From the IMG/VR virus record IMGVR_UViG_3300010234_000006: a stretch of DNA of 64,000 nucleotides. One strand, given 5' to 3'. Both the position numbers and the translations under genes were made by a program. This DNA comes from an uncultured virus (IMG/VR IMGVR_UViG_3300010234_000006). Its lineage: Duplodnaviria; Heunggongvirae; Uroviricota; Caudoviricetes. This document shows positions 9,964-18,673 of the stretch, piece by piece. Numbering within the stretch: the first letter of the stretch is position 1; the number at the start of each line of letters is the position of its first letter. The notes under the pieces are model-generated. The model saw only the letters and a list, made by a program, of their open reading frames with translations, did no database searches and was not told the origin of the DNA.

Positions 9964-11012
9964 CGCTTCTTCCTCCACCAGAGTACGCCGCCAACGAGGG
10001 ACAGGATGGCGAGGAAGATCCCACCACCACCACCGCCCTTACTCGTCCCACCTGTTCTGAATGCCACGGAACCATCTCCGAGGCCTGAGGTGACGAACGC
10101 TGGCACGCTACCATCAACGTGCCTCGGCTTCACAGAATAATCGAGTCTCTTCGCAGAGATGTCCGTGGGGATGGGGCCCGAGCCGAACCGGTCCTTGATC
10201 TCTTTGAGTCGACCGAGCTCGCCATTCTTGTGGTAGTGCTTCAAGTAGAGCTGGTGAAGGACCTGGTCCTCGTTGGCGTTCTCTGGCCAACCCACCTCAG
10301 CCACGGCCTTCGCGATCCTCTTTCCGCTACCCGTCTTTCCGTACGAGTTCGCGTGTCGCGCGAGAGCCGCTGCAGAGGAGGCCTTCTTGAATCCGTACTC
10401 ACGAGCCTTCGCCACGCCCCACCTGAGCTTTCCGAGAGACTCGTGGGTGTACCACTCGACGACCTTTGGGTGACGAGCAATCTCGTGCCACCCGGCGACG
10501 AAGAAGTCCCACTTCTCGCTGTCCCACCAATCGGGGAAGTCCCAGCGTTTGAAGTTTGGCTTGGGGTACTTCGGATTGTCGATGAGCCTGCTCGGTGCCG
10601 TGTCGTTCGTTCGGCGAGGCATGATCGATACCATGCCCTTGGGATCTGAAAGGAGCTCGGCCCCGTCCTCACCCCACGCATGCACGGCAATCTTCCGATT
10701 CTCTGGACTCTTTCTGATAAACTCAGAGAGGTCCTCAAAGAAGCTCGGATACGTGTCGTGTGCAAATCCGACGGATGCTGTGTCGAGCGTGTGGTACGCA
10801 TCGAATGGACGAGTCGTCTTTCCGCCCGAGTCGATGTTTGCGAGCTGCCGAACAAACTTCCGAACGAAGTCATCGCCGGCCGTCATCTCGAGCATCTGTT
10901 CATCGCGCACACCAGTGCCGTAGTACGGGAAGTGCCGATAGCCCTCTTCGGGCTTCCCTCCGTTGTGCCGCCACCTCGAGGTGGGGACCGGGTGCTTCGG
11001 TGCGATGGCCAT
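9960..11012 (-). CDS. Lysozyme-like peptidoglycan hydrolase candidate with C-terminal TM anchor
   Basis: FDAYHTLDTASVGFAH resembles the FDAINTxD..SxG..Q motif of lysozyme/chitosanase-like folds; C-terminal IFLAILSLVGGVLWWRKKR. Confidence 0.5.
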   Translation of the reverse strand: MAIAPKHPVPTSRWRHNGGKPEEGYRHFPYYGTGVRDEQMLEMTAGDDFVRKFVRQLANIDSGGKTTRPFDAYHTLDTASVGFAHDTYPSFFEDLSEFIRKSPENRKIAVHAWGEDGAELLSDPKGMVSIMPRRTNDTAPSRLIDNPKYPKPNFKRWDFPDWWDSEKWDFFVAGWHEIARHPKVVEWYTHESLGKLRWGVAKAREYGFKKASSAAALARHANSYGKTGSGKRIAKAVAEVGWPENANEDQVLHQLYLKHYHKNGELGRLKEIKDRFGSGPIPTDISAKRLDYSVKPRHVDGSVPAFVTSGLGDGSVAFRTGGTSKGGGGGGIFLAILSLVGGVLWWRKKR

Positions 11013-12211
11013 CAGATCACCTCCGGCGGGAAGAGCATCTTCAGGAGAGCCTGAGCTGCTTCGTTCGGACCCTGAGGGGCGGGGGAGAGACTTCCGTCCT
11101 TCTGCTGGATGAGCATGGCGCGAACCATTCGGTCGCTGTCACCCGCGGCGAGGCCGAGCGGGAAGGCCTCGTCATGCGTGAGGAAGTCGTCGGGGTTGTA
11201 GTCCTTCGTTCGACGACCATCCTTATAGATGGGCACGCCCTGGGGAATGTAGTTTGGATCTGCAGAGGCCTTCGCCTGCTCTCCCTTGAGGTAGACGAGC
11301 TCCTCCTCCATCGACATGACACGACGGTAGACCGGGCTCGGCTGGCCCGTCTGGGGGTCGAAGAGCACATCCCAGTTCATCATGTAGTAGTGAGGAGGCG
11401 CGAGCCCTGCCGGCTGGAACTCCTTCTCGTTTCGGTTCCAAATCCACCAACGACCATCCGGGTCGAGGTGGATTTGGTTCTTTCGCTCAGGATGGGGCTC
11501 GCCAGCACCTTGGAGGGTAGACATCGAGCGGTAGAACATCGAAGGGTGGAAGCGAACGGCGATGCCATTCCGAAGAGTCGCGAGGTCCTCGCTCGACTCT
11601 TCGTAGGCCGTGCTCTGAAGCTCGGGACGAACGGCGTGCGGGTCGATGGCCGGGGGTACCGATGCCACGGACTGGAGGTAGGTGAGGAACTGACCGAACT
11701 TCGGCCAGCCTCGGGAGATGTCGAGCATCTGGTCGCGGTAGTAGTCGTGAACCTGGTGAACGGTCGAATCGAGCGGGAACACCCGTGCGGGCGTAGCGAG
11801 CGTGACTGCCGCCGTACGTGCGCCGGCCGTCTTGGCAGCAGGGATGCGAACTCCCTGAGGGGCTCCTGCGCCAGCGGCAGGGAGATTCACTCTGGGGCCA
11901 GTCGCTGTTCGCACCGTCTTCCCGCCCATAGGCTGGAGAGTCTGCGACGGTCGCATGTTGCCCGAGCCCGCCTGGGTGAGCGGCTCTGTTGGCATCTGGC
12001 CATGGGGGTCAATCTGCATGCCCTCGGGGGAGAAGCCTGGAGGAGGCGTCTGAATGACTCCCTCATAACCGGGAGGCGCACCGCCGACTCTTCCTGTCTG
12101 TCCTGCGGCCGATGCATCGGTGCCTGTGCCCTTCTCTTCCTTCTTTCCGCTCGCAGCGAGGGCTGCGCCACCCAGCACGAGGCCGAGGGCAATCCAAAGC
12201 TTCTTGTTCAT
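11012..12211 (-). CDS. N-terminal-leader protein, triplicated family member 1
   Basis: MNKKLWIALGLVLGGAALAASGKK; GIAVRFHPSM; GDSDRM. Confidence 0.8.
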   Translation of the reverse strand: MNKKLWIALGLVLGGAALAASGKKEEKGTGTDASAAGQTGRVGGAPPGYEGVIQTPPPGFSPEGMQIDPHGQMPTEPLTQAGSGNMRPSQTLQPMGGKTVRTATGPRVNLPAAGAGAPQGVRIPAAKTAGARTAAVTLATPARVFPLDSTVHQVHDYYRDQMLDISRGWPKFGQFLTYLQSVASVPPAIDPHAVRPELQSTAYEESSEDLATLRNGIAVRFHPSMFYRSMSTLQGAGEPHPERKNQIHLDPDGRWWIWNRNEKEFQPAGLAPPHYYMMNWDVLFDPQTGQPSPVYRRVMSMEEELVYLKGEQAKASADPNYIPQGVPIYKDGRRTKDYNPDDFLTHDEAFPLGLAAGDSDRMVRAMLIQQKDGSLSPAPQGPNEAAQALLKMLFPPEVI

Positions 12212-12226
12212 GTTTTGCTCCGTTCT

Positions 12227-13057
12227 TTAGTGATCGAACGTGGGGAAGAGCTTCCGGTTCTGCATTCTTCCGTAGACGCTCGGACCATTTTTCGTCAGCT
12301 CAGGATACCGCAGATTTGTGTGTCTTACACGAATCGGTTGAAGGATGCGGTCAGAGCAGCAGTATGAAAGAGCGATGTCCCTGTGTGCGGGCTCGCGTGA
12401 TATGATCGAACGGAGCTCTTCGTAGCCCATCTCTTCGGATTCGAAGATAGGCACCTGGGACCACCTTCCCTGATTGCTGAACACGAACCAGTGACCAAGC
12501 TCGCCAAGGTGAACCTTCGCAGATTCACCCATTCGCGGCTTCGTCTGATTCGGAGTCAAGCGCGCGAACATGTCCGGATGAAACCGAACGGCCTCACCAC
12601 ACCGAAGTGCAATCGAATCCTGCTGGGGCTCTCTGAAGAAACTCCCCTTCGATTGATATTCACCCCGACGCCCGCATGGGCCGATGTCGATGATGACGCT
12701 CACGCCATGCGCAGCGAGCCAGTCTCGTAGGTGAACGAGTCCCGGCCAGTGCTTGGCGATTCGGTCAAAGTCCTTCGAGCTTCCAATGGCACGAATGCAT
12801 GAGGACTGCGGTGCTGCTTTTGCGATAGCCGAAAGCACCCCAAACGTTGGCGGCGTTTGTGGAGCTCCCGCAAGAAACGTACTCTCGGCTACCGCAAGAG
12901 GAGCATCGCTGGTCTCAGAGATGTCCAAGATGTCGAACTCACTCTCTACCCCTCTCGCCCCAATGACGAGCGCTGCGTCTGCTCCAGAAGAGGACTTCTT
13001 CGAAGCTGACACAACAATGGCGGTCGCACCGCCGAGTAGGAAGATGAGCCACGGCAT
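12227..13057 (-). CDS. N-terminal-leader protein, triplicated family member 2
   Basis: MPWLIFLLGGATAIVVSASKK; GEAVRFHPDM; CCSDRIL. Confidence 0.75.
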   Translation of the reverse strand: MPWLIFLLGGATAIVVSASKKSSSGADAALVIGARGVESEFDILDISETSDAPLAVAESTFLAGAPQTPPTFGVLSAIAKAAPQSSCIRAIGSSKDFDRIAKHWPGLVHLRDWLAAHGVSVIIDIGPCGRRGEYQSKGSFFREPQQDSIALRCGEAVRFHPDMFARLTPNQTKPRMGESAKVHLGELGHWFVFSNQGRWSQVPIFESEEMGYEELRSIISREPAHRDIALSYCCSDRILQPIRVRHTNLRYPELTKNGPSVYGRMQNRKLFPTFDH

Positions 13058-13069
13058 CGAGATCCTCTA

Positions 13070-14092
13070 TTAGATGAAGTCCTTGAGGTCGGACGTGTCA
13101 ACGTCCAGATAGTCTGCCGCTGCGTCGACGACATCGCCCTCGTCCACCCCGAGCTCTTCGGAGGCGGTCGTGACGATGGATCCGTAGTCGTCTCGGTCGT
13201 AGGCATCGATCAGGCTGTCTGCTGTCGAGCCGCCGAGACCGGCCGCGACCTTGTTGATTCCGAATGCGTCCTTCATGCTCACCTCCTTGAAGCGAGTGTT
13301 CGGGAAGCCATCGGTCTGGGGGAAGAATCCCTTCATGCGCGTGAGCCCACTCGCGCCTTGCGGGCCCGTGGGTGCAACCTGAAGAGCGTCGCCCGAGCGC
13401 GCAGTGAGCACATAAAGGATACGGTCAGAGCCCGAGCCGTACCCGAGACCCATGGGGAACTCTTCGGAGATCGACTCGACGCTTCGTCCCGTGTACTGGC
13501 CGTTCGGCTGCTTTGAGAGGGGGAGCGGTTCGAACATGTCGAGGAGCGGGTTCCATGCGTGGAAGGTCCCATCCTTGAACTGGTAGATCTTACCAATGGA
13601 TGCGTCCACGCGGCGCTCGCCCCCGTGCGAGGTTATCATCGAAGGCGCGAGGCGAATGGCCAGGCCCGCGCCGAGCATCGCCGAGTCCTTGTCGGTCTCG
13701 AAGTAAGGGAGGCCGTCCTTGAACTCTTCTCGCTGGAACTGGCTCTTCGGACCCTTGAAGTAGATGTCGAGAACCAAAGGCACGCTCCGGCGCTTGAGCC
13801 ACTTCTCGAGAAGGGCGAGGCCGGGGACGACCTGCTTCAATACGGACAGGTCGGAAGACTGGTCCGTCTTGGCTTTCACCTGGTTCTGAAGGGACTTGCT
13901 GTAAGGAGTCGGTCCGAACTCTCCAATGGAGCGCTCGAGCACCGCGGTCCTTCGCTTGTCACGAGAGGTGCCAGTCTGACCTGCAGCGCCTCTGGCATCA
14001 GCTTCGGACTTTTCTTCTTTCTTCTTGCTGCCGGATGCCACTGCCACGACGACCGCCGCAAGTCCGAGCGCTATGAGGAGCCCTTTGTTCAT
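13070..14092 (-). CDS. N-terminal-leader protein, triplicated family member 3
   Basis: MNKGLLIALGLAAVVVAVASGSKKK; GLAIRLAPSM; SGSDRIL. Confidence 0.8.
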   Translation of the reverse strand: MNKGLLIALGLAAVVVAVASGSKKKEEKSEADARGAAGQTGTSRDKRRTAVLERSIGEFGPTPYSKSLQNQVKAKTDQSSDLSVLKQVVPGLALLEKWLKRRSVPLVLDIYFKGPKSQFQREEFKDGLPYFETDKDSAMLGAGLAIRLAPSMITSHGGERRVDASIGKIYQFKDGTFHAWNPLLDMFEPLPLSKQPNGQYTGRSVESISEEFPMGLGYGSGSDRILYVLTARSGDALQVAPTGPQGASGLTRMKGFFPQTDGFPNTRFKEVSMKDAFGINKVAAGLGGSTADSLIDAYDRDDYGSIVTTASEELGVDEGDVVDAAADYLDVDTSDLKDFI

Positions 14093-14129
14093 GACGGCCT
14101 CTTCCTTCAGTGATGGGTGTATAAGAGGT

Positions 14130-14169
14130 AAAGAAAAGGCGAGGCGCCTTGGTCGGCAACGCCTCGCCT
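14130..14169 (-). terminator. Intrinsic terminator after the capsid candidate
   Basis: Minus strand AGGCGAGGCG-loop-CGCCTCGCCT followed by TTTCTTT. Confidence 0.7.
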
Positions 14170-14233
14170 CGGGTGAAGGTGCTGGGGTCACCAGAAGCCT
14201 TCAGGGGTGAGCCGACACACCCCTTGCCTGCTC

Positions 14234-14944
14234 TCAGCAGCAGTAGTCGCCTTCGGGGCAGGGGCCCCACTGGAGCAACACGGAAGCGTCGAGGCAGTAC
14301 TCCTGGCCAGCCTGAGCTGCCGGGAGGCCGCGGAACTTCACGCGCCACTTGGTCGACTCGAAGTTGCCGCTCATCGGAATGATGCAGGTCTTCATGCCGG
14401 CCTTGGGGAACTGCGATGACACGTTGATGGTGATGAGGGGGGTCGTTCCCACGACCTGCTCACCGCCGGAGCCACCACGGAGAGTCTCGAGGAGACCACG
14501 CTTGAGCGAGCAGTCTTCCAGAGAGGGGTTGTCGAAGCCGAAGGGGAAGTCGCCGCTCGCGCAGACGATGAACCCAACCTGCTTCACGCAGAGGCCGTTG
14601 AACGAGGCTTGGTCGTCTCCGTCCAAGCTGACGGTCACGACTTGGTCGGCGCCCTTCGCGGGGTCCGTGCCATCGTCCCGGCAGACCTGGGTAAAATCCT
14701 TCACGGACTCGGCGTAACCGCCGGAGCTCGCGATGGAACCAATGTCGTTCCGGACGGTGACGCGGCTGAAGGCCTGGCCGACACCCATGCCGGAGTAGGC
14801 GGGGCCGCCGCAGTGCAACATCTCTTCGAGGTGTGCGATGCGGGCGTTGGCGGCGCTGAGGGAGCTCGGGGCCCCATTGGGCTTCGGACCGTTGCCATAG
14901 GCCTGGTCCTGAAGCATCCTCTTCTGCAACATGTTCTGATACAT
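14234..14944 (-). CDS. Cys-rich beta-rich protein; candidate major structural (jelly-roll-like) protein
   Basis: Strong AAGGAGA RBS, strongly biased codons, own terminator, amphipathic strands, 10 Cys; the structural role is inference. Confidence 0.55.
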   Translation of the reverse strand: MYQNMLQKRMLQDQAYGNGPKPNGAPSSLSAANARIAHLEEMLHCGGPAYSGMGVGQAFSRVTVRNDIGSIASSGGYAESVKDFTQVCRDDGTDPAKGADQVVTVSLDGDDQASFNGLCVKQVGFIVCASGDFPFGFDNPSLEDCSLKRGLLETLRGGSGGEQVVGTTPLITINVSSQFPKAGMKTCIIPMSGNFESTKWRVKFRGLPAAQAGQEYCLDASVLLQWGPCPEGDYCC

Positions 14945-15042
14945 GATTTGAAATCTCCTTGGAGAGATGAGCGAGCCGCCGCCAATTAGCCCCCCTCACT
15001 CTTTGGATTTAAATGAACGGATGTGGGTGTGTGTGCTCCCGC

Positions 15043-15342
15043 CTAGGGGCGCGAGTACTTTCCACCACGGCTCTTCTTCGCACGACGCGAGGAATAGCCC
15101 TTGGCCTTCTTGCGAGCCGTCGAGAGGCTCTTCTTGGTCTTGTCGAGCTCGGCCTGGAGCTGCATGTTTTTGTTGACCGAGAATCCCAGCGCGACGCCTG
15201 CGAGGCCAAGGCTGTACGGAAGCACGAAGCCGCCGAGTCGGACGCCGGAGTGGATGGCTTTGTTGATGGCGTTGCCCTGGTCATACTTGTAGTACAACTC
15301 AAAGCTGCCTTCTTTTGCATTCGGAAGTGTGTTTTCCGCCAC
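15043..15342 (-). CDS. Small membrane protein with basic C-terminal tail
   Basis: TM GGFVLPYSLGLAGVALGF, then coiled coil and K/R-rich tail. Confidence 0.7.
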   Translation of the reverse strand: MAENTLPNAKEGSFELYYKYDQGNAINKAIHSGVRLGGFVLPYSLGLAGVALGFSVNKNMQLQAELDKTKKSLSTARKKAKGYSSRRAKKSRGGKYSRP

Positions 15343-15394
15343 GTGTCTGTCTCCTTCAAAAAGTGTGGTGGTTAGACGGGATCGTCACCTTCAT

Positions 15395-15583
15395 TCAACC
15401 TGCAGTCGCGCTGCCGATCATGTTGTAAAGATATCCAACGAGCATCGTCACCGCTGTTCCTGCGAGTGGATTAGGCGTCCTGATCTCGCCAGAACCCATC
15501 AACTTGATGAGCTTGTCGACGGACCAGATAGCCACGCCAATGTATAGCAGAGCCTGAGCCCACTCTGGTAACAACTCGTTCAT
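15395..15583 (-). CDS. Small two-TM protein
   Basis: MNELLPEWAQALLYIGVAIW...AVTMLVGYLY. Confidence 0.6.
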   Translation of the reverse strand: MNELLPEWAQALLYIGVAIWSVDKLIKLMGSGEIRTPNPLAGTAVTMLVGYLYNMIGSATAG

Positions 15584-16257
15584 TTTGCACAACTCACGAG
15601 AACGCATCCGCTACGGAAACGCTCATTAAAATCGGAGTATAGGGGGTGTCGGTGAAGAACTTTATGGCTCAAAGCTTCGAACGAATCTGCAAGACACACG
15701 ACCGCTCCATCGAGATCTTTTTCGATCACGAACTCGAGGGCCTGCTGCATATTCAACTCGAACACTTTGACGACTTGCGCATGGTTCATCATGTCGTTCA
15801 CGCGAATGCGTTCGAAGTCTTCCTCGACGTACTCTTCTTCAATGTACGCGGGCTGCTTCTTCACGACTTTTCGCTTTCGTTTGGTTGCCACGGGTTTCTT
15901 CCCTCCCTTTCGATTCTGCACAGGTGTGTTGTTAGTCGCAAGCTCTTCAAGGTCTTTGATGCTGATCGCCTCGTCAGGGACTGACATTCCCTGGGCTTGA
16001 AGAAGCTCACGAGGGATGAGCTCTGACGAAAAGGAGCCATCCTGATCGTCGAAGTATCCCTTACGCATGATTTGGTTGAGTGTTTGCTTCACCTGGCCTG
16101 CTGGACGCTTGGTGAGCTCGGCGAGCATCGGGATGGTCCCATCGAATGTGCCGTCTTCAAAAACAGAAGCTCGGCTCTTCGCGAGCGCGCGCCCGATCAG
16201 GTGCATGTAGGCATTCGCCTGGATGGATGTGAGTTTTGGTAGATCGACAACAGTCAT
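15580..16257 (-). CDS. Hypothetical protein with winged-helix-like N-terminus
   Basis: TIPMLAELTKRPAGQVKQTLNQIMRKGYF. Confidence 0.6.
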   Translation of the reverse strand: MTVVDLPKLTSIQANAYMHLIGRALAKSRASVFEDGTFDGTIPMLAELTKRPAGQVKQTLNQIMRKGYFDDQDGSFSSELIPRELLQAQGMSVPDEAISIKDLEELATNNTPVQNRKGGKKPVATKRKRKVVKKQPAYIEEEYVEEDFERIRVNDMMNHAQVVKVFELNMQQALEFVIEKDLDGAVVCLADSFEALSHKVLHRHPLYSDFNERFRSGCVLVSCAK

Positions 16258-17342
16258 CAGAATCCTCCTCCTTGGGCTTTCATCATTGAATATGCATTCA
16301 CCATCGCTGAAATCTTCGCGACGGGTCCGCCAATGGAACGAATCAGATTGACCGTCGTCTGCATCCCAAAGAACGCAGCGAGGTGGTCCATGGCTTCATT
16401 GTCTGCCATGAGCGCTTGAACATCTGGATGCCCCAGGTAGGCGATGAGGCTCGTGGGTGGAGCCTTTGGGTCCTTGAGGCGTTTCTTCTTCTGGGTCTCG
16501 TACACCTCATTAATGGCAGCCATTGCCTTCTGTCCTGTTCCCATCACCTGCATGGACGCGACGAGCGCTTCCTGCATCGTGAGGTCAGACTGCGGCGGCA
16601 GCTCTTCAGTCTTCTTCTTCGCGGACCAGTGAGAGTCCGGGTTCTTTGTCGCGTTCCACCTGTATCGCTTCTCGATGGTCGTGAGCTGCTCCATGAAGCA
16701 CTCGACAAAGTCCTCTTTCATGCACGAGTCGTCTCCAGGGATCGGACGACCACCTCCCGTCTTCTGGAGCTCGATGTGGAAGTCGATTCGCTCGTGAGGC
16801 GGAAGCATCTTCAGATACCTCTGCACCTTCGAGTGACTCTTCTCGAGGATCTCTGTGTCCTGGAGGTTCCATGATGTCTCCATGGGACGCTTGAACGAAT
16901 CGCACTCAATCGTGAGCCGAAGTTTCACTGGCGGGAAGAGGTCTTCCTCGTCCTCGGCCGGCGGCTCTTCCGGACCGACATCCTGCTGGGATGCCTGAAC
17001 GACAGGAATGTCCGAGAGTCGAGGTTCTGCAGACGGTGGGCTCGGCCTTTCTACAACGGGCTCGGGCTCATCCTCGTCATCCTCAACCTCCTCGTACTCT
17101 TCTTCCTCTTCCTCATCGTCGTCGTCATCCTCTTCAGGCTCGGCGTCCGACTCGGGCTCGTCGACTTCCTCGGGCTCATACTCATCATCGTCTTCTTCGA
17201 ATGATTCGTACTCCTCCTCCTCTTCTTCAAACTCCCCGTCTTGCTCGGACTCCTCCTCGAGCTTTTCTCGAACAGACTTCAGCAGGGCCTTTCGCTTTCC
17301 GGCTTGCTCGCCGGAAGCGATCGGCCTCGACCTCTTCTGCAT
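16257..17342 (-). CDS. Highly acidic protein (long D/E tract)
   Basis: Roughly 65-residue tract EEEEEEYESFEEDDDE... Confidence 0.8.
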   Translation of the reverse strand: MQKRSRPIASGEQAGKRKALLKSVREKLEEESEQDGEFEEEEEEYESFEEDDDEYEPEEVDEPESDAEPEEDDDDDEEEEEEYEEVEDDEDEPEPVVERPSPPSAEPRLSDIPVVQASQQDVGPEEPPAEDEEDLFPPVKLRLTIECDSFKRPMETSWNLQDTEILEKSHSKVQRYLKMLPPHERIDFHIELQKTGGGRPIPGDDSCMKEDFVECFMEQLTTIEKRYRWNATKNPDSHWSAKKKTEELPPQSDLTMQEALVASMQVMGTGQKAMAAINEVYETQKKKRLKDPKAPPTSLIAYLGHPDVQALMADNEAMDHLAAFFGMQTTVNLIRSIGGPVAKISAMVNAYSMMKAQGGGF

Positions 17343-17405
17343 AACTGCCTCCCAGTGGGTGTGGACTTAGTGGGTGAAGGGCAGAAGCGCCGAAGAGAGA
17401 TTCGA

Positions 17406-18185
17406 TCACTCTCCTCGGAGCTTCTTCTTCGTGGTTTTGACTGCGCCGCGCTTCATGTCGCCGAAGCTTGCACGCAGATCGTCGATGGTGTCGAGCCAGT
17501 AGTCGAAGATCTCCTCGCTCATCTCGTCGTACCAGATCGCCTTCCCGTCCTTTCGGATGTGAACGTTCGCATCGTTCGGCTTGGGGAAGATCTTGAAGAG
17601 ACGCTTCTTGAAGAGCGTGAGAGCCTTTCCAGCCTCGCGCACAGAGAGCAAGCTCGAATGACGCTTCGTCGAACCCTTCTTTGCCGCAGTCTTCTTGCGC
17701 TTGGCAGTGGCTCGCTTCTTCGTTGTCGTGCGCTTCTTCGGAGCTGCCTTCTTCCGCGTCGTCGGACGCTTCCGAGTGGTTGGCTTCTTCCGCGTTGTCG
17801 TCTTCTTCTTCGTGGTCTTTCGCTTGGTGGCGGTCTTCTTCTTCGCCGTCGTGGTGCGCTTCTTCTTCGCCGCGGTCGACTTTTTCTTCCGCGTCGTCGT
17901 CTTCTTGCGCTTGGTGGTGGTCTTCTTCTTCACGGCCTTCTTCTTGGCCGGCTTTTTCTTCGCGGACTTCTTCTTGGCAGCCGCTTTTTTCGCAGCGCTC
18001 GTTCGCGTCGAGGTCTTCTTCTTCGCAGGCGCCTTCTTCTTCCGAGCGGCGGGCTTCTTCTTCGCCGTCGTCTTCTTGCGCTTGGTGGTGGTTTTCTTCT
18101 TCTTCGCAGGTGACTTCTTCGTCGAGGTCTTTTTCTTCTTCGTCGAAGTCTTCTTCTTTTTGGTTTTCACCAGTGCTGTGGCCAT
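17406..18185 (-). CDS. Histone H1-like Lys/Thr/Ala-rich DNA-binding protein with C-terminal globular domain
   Basis: About 170 aa of KKKTTTKRKK/AAKKK repeats; GAGGAAGGAA RBS before MATALV. Confidence 0.85.
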   Translation of the reverse strand: MATALVKTKKKKTSTKKKKTSTKKSPAKKKKTTTKRKKTTAKKKPAARKKKAPAKKKTSTRTSAAKKAAAKKKSAKKKPAKKKAVKKKTTTKRKKTTTRKKKSTAAKKKRTTTAKKKTATKRKTTKKKTTTRKKPTTRKRPTTRKKAAPKKRTTTKKRATAKRKKTAAKKGSTKRHSSLLSVREAGKALTLFKKRLFKIFPKPNDANVHIRKDGKAIWYDEMSEEIFDYWLDTIDDLRASFGDMKRGAVKTTKKKLRGE

Positions 18186-18239
18186 TTCCTTCCTCGTGTT
18201 GGTACCCAAGGGCTCTGAAGCGAATGAATGCTTCATCTG

Positions 18240-18673
18240 CGGATTGTATGATGACCATCTCTGAACTGCGAATATTGAATCGAAACACCCCTTTTTAGCC
18301 CATAACGGCTTTGAAGTCGAAAAACATCGCGTATGTAACCGTATGTTTGCGTATTCAGCTGTTTTAAGTCGAATTGGGGTGTTTACTCGTGTATTTCAAC
18401 TATCTTTTGGTGAATCTACAGACAAACTTTTTCTGAATCAAGGTTTGCAGCCATTCACACCACGAACGTATCATTCGTTCGTCCCGTGGGTGTGGATCGC
18501 ATGGGAAAGGCGGCGCCGTAACTGCGCATGGTTACGGCGCCGCTGCTGTTCATGCTGCGTTCACACGTTCGTCAAAAACGTTCGTTCTTTGCAGCTCGAC
18601 CAAGGCCGGTGGATAATCGCTCTCGCAACGCACACCGTTCGGTAGTGCCACTTACTCATTAAGGAGTATTCAG
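18240..18673. promoter_or_regulatory. AT-rich divergent control region with hairpins
   Basis: Non-coding between divergent operons; 13-bp perfect inverted repeat 18510-18543; AAGGAG RBS at 18661. Confidence 0.6.

Noticed and set aside
10310..10345. Walker-A-like GKTGSGKR in 9960-11012 as a packaging ATPase
   Set aside because: Ends in R rather than S/T, follows a helix rather than a beta strand, has no Walker B, and sits in a lysozyme-like context
10760..12367. 535-aa plus-strand ORF
   Set aside because: Antisense shadow of well-supported minus-strand genes; Arg-rich composition typical of GC-rich off-frames
17008..18298. Several long overlapping ORFs (poly-Ser, Phe/Val-rich, Glu-rich, Leu-rich)
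   Set aside because: Alternative frames of the low-complexity H1-like and acidic genes; only the Lys-rich frame has an RBS and a globular C-terminus
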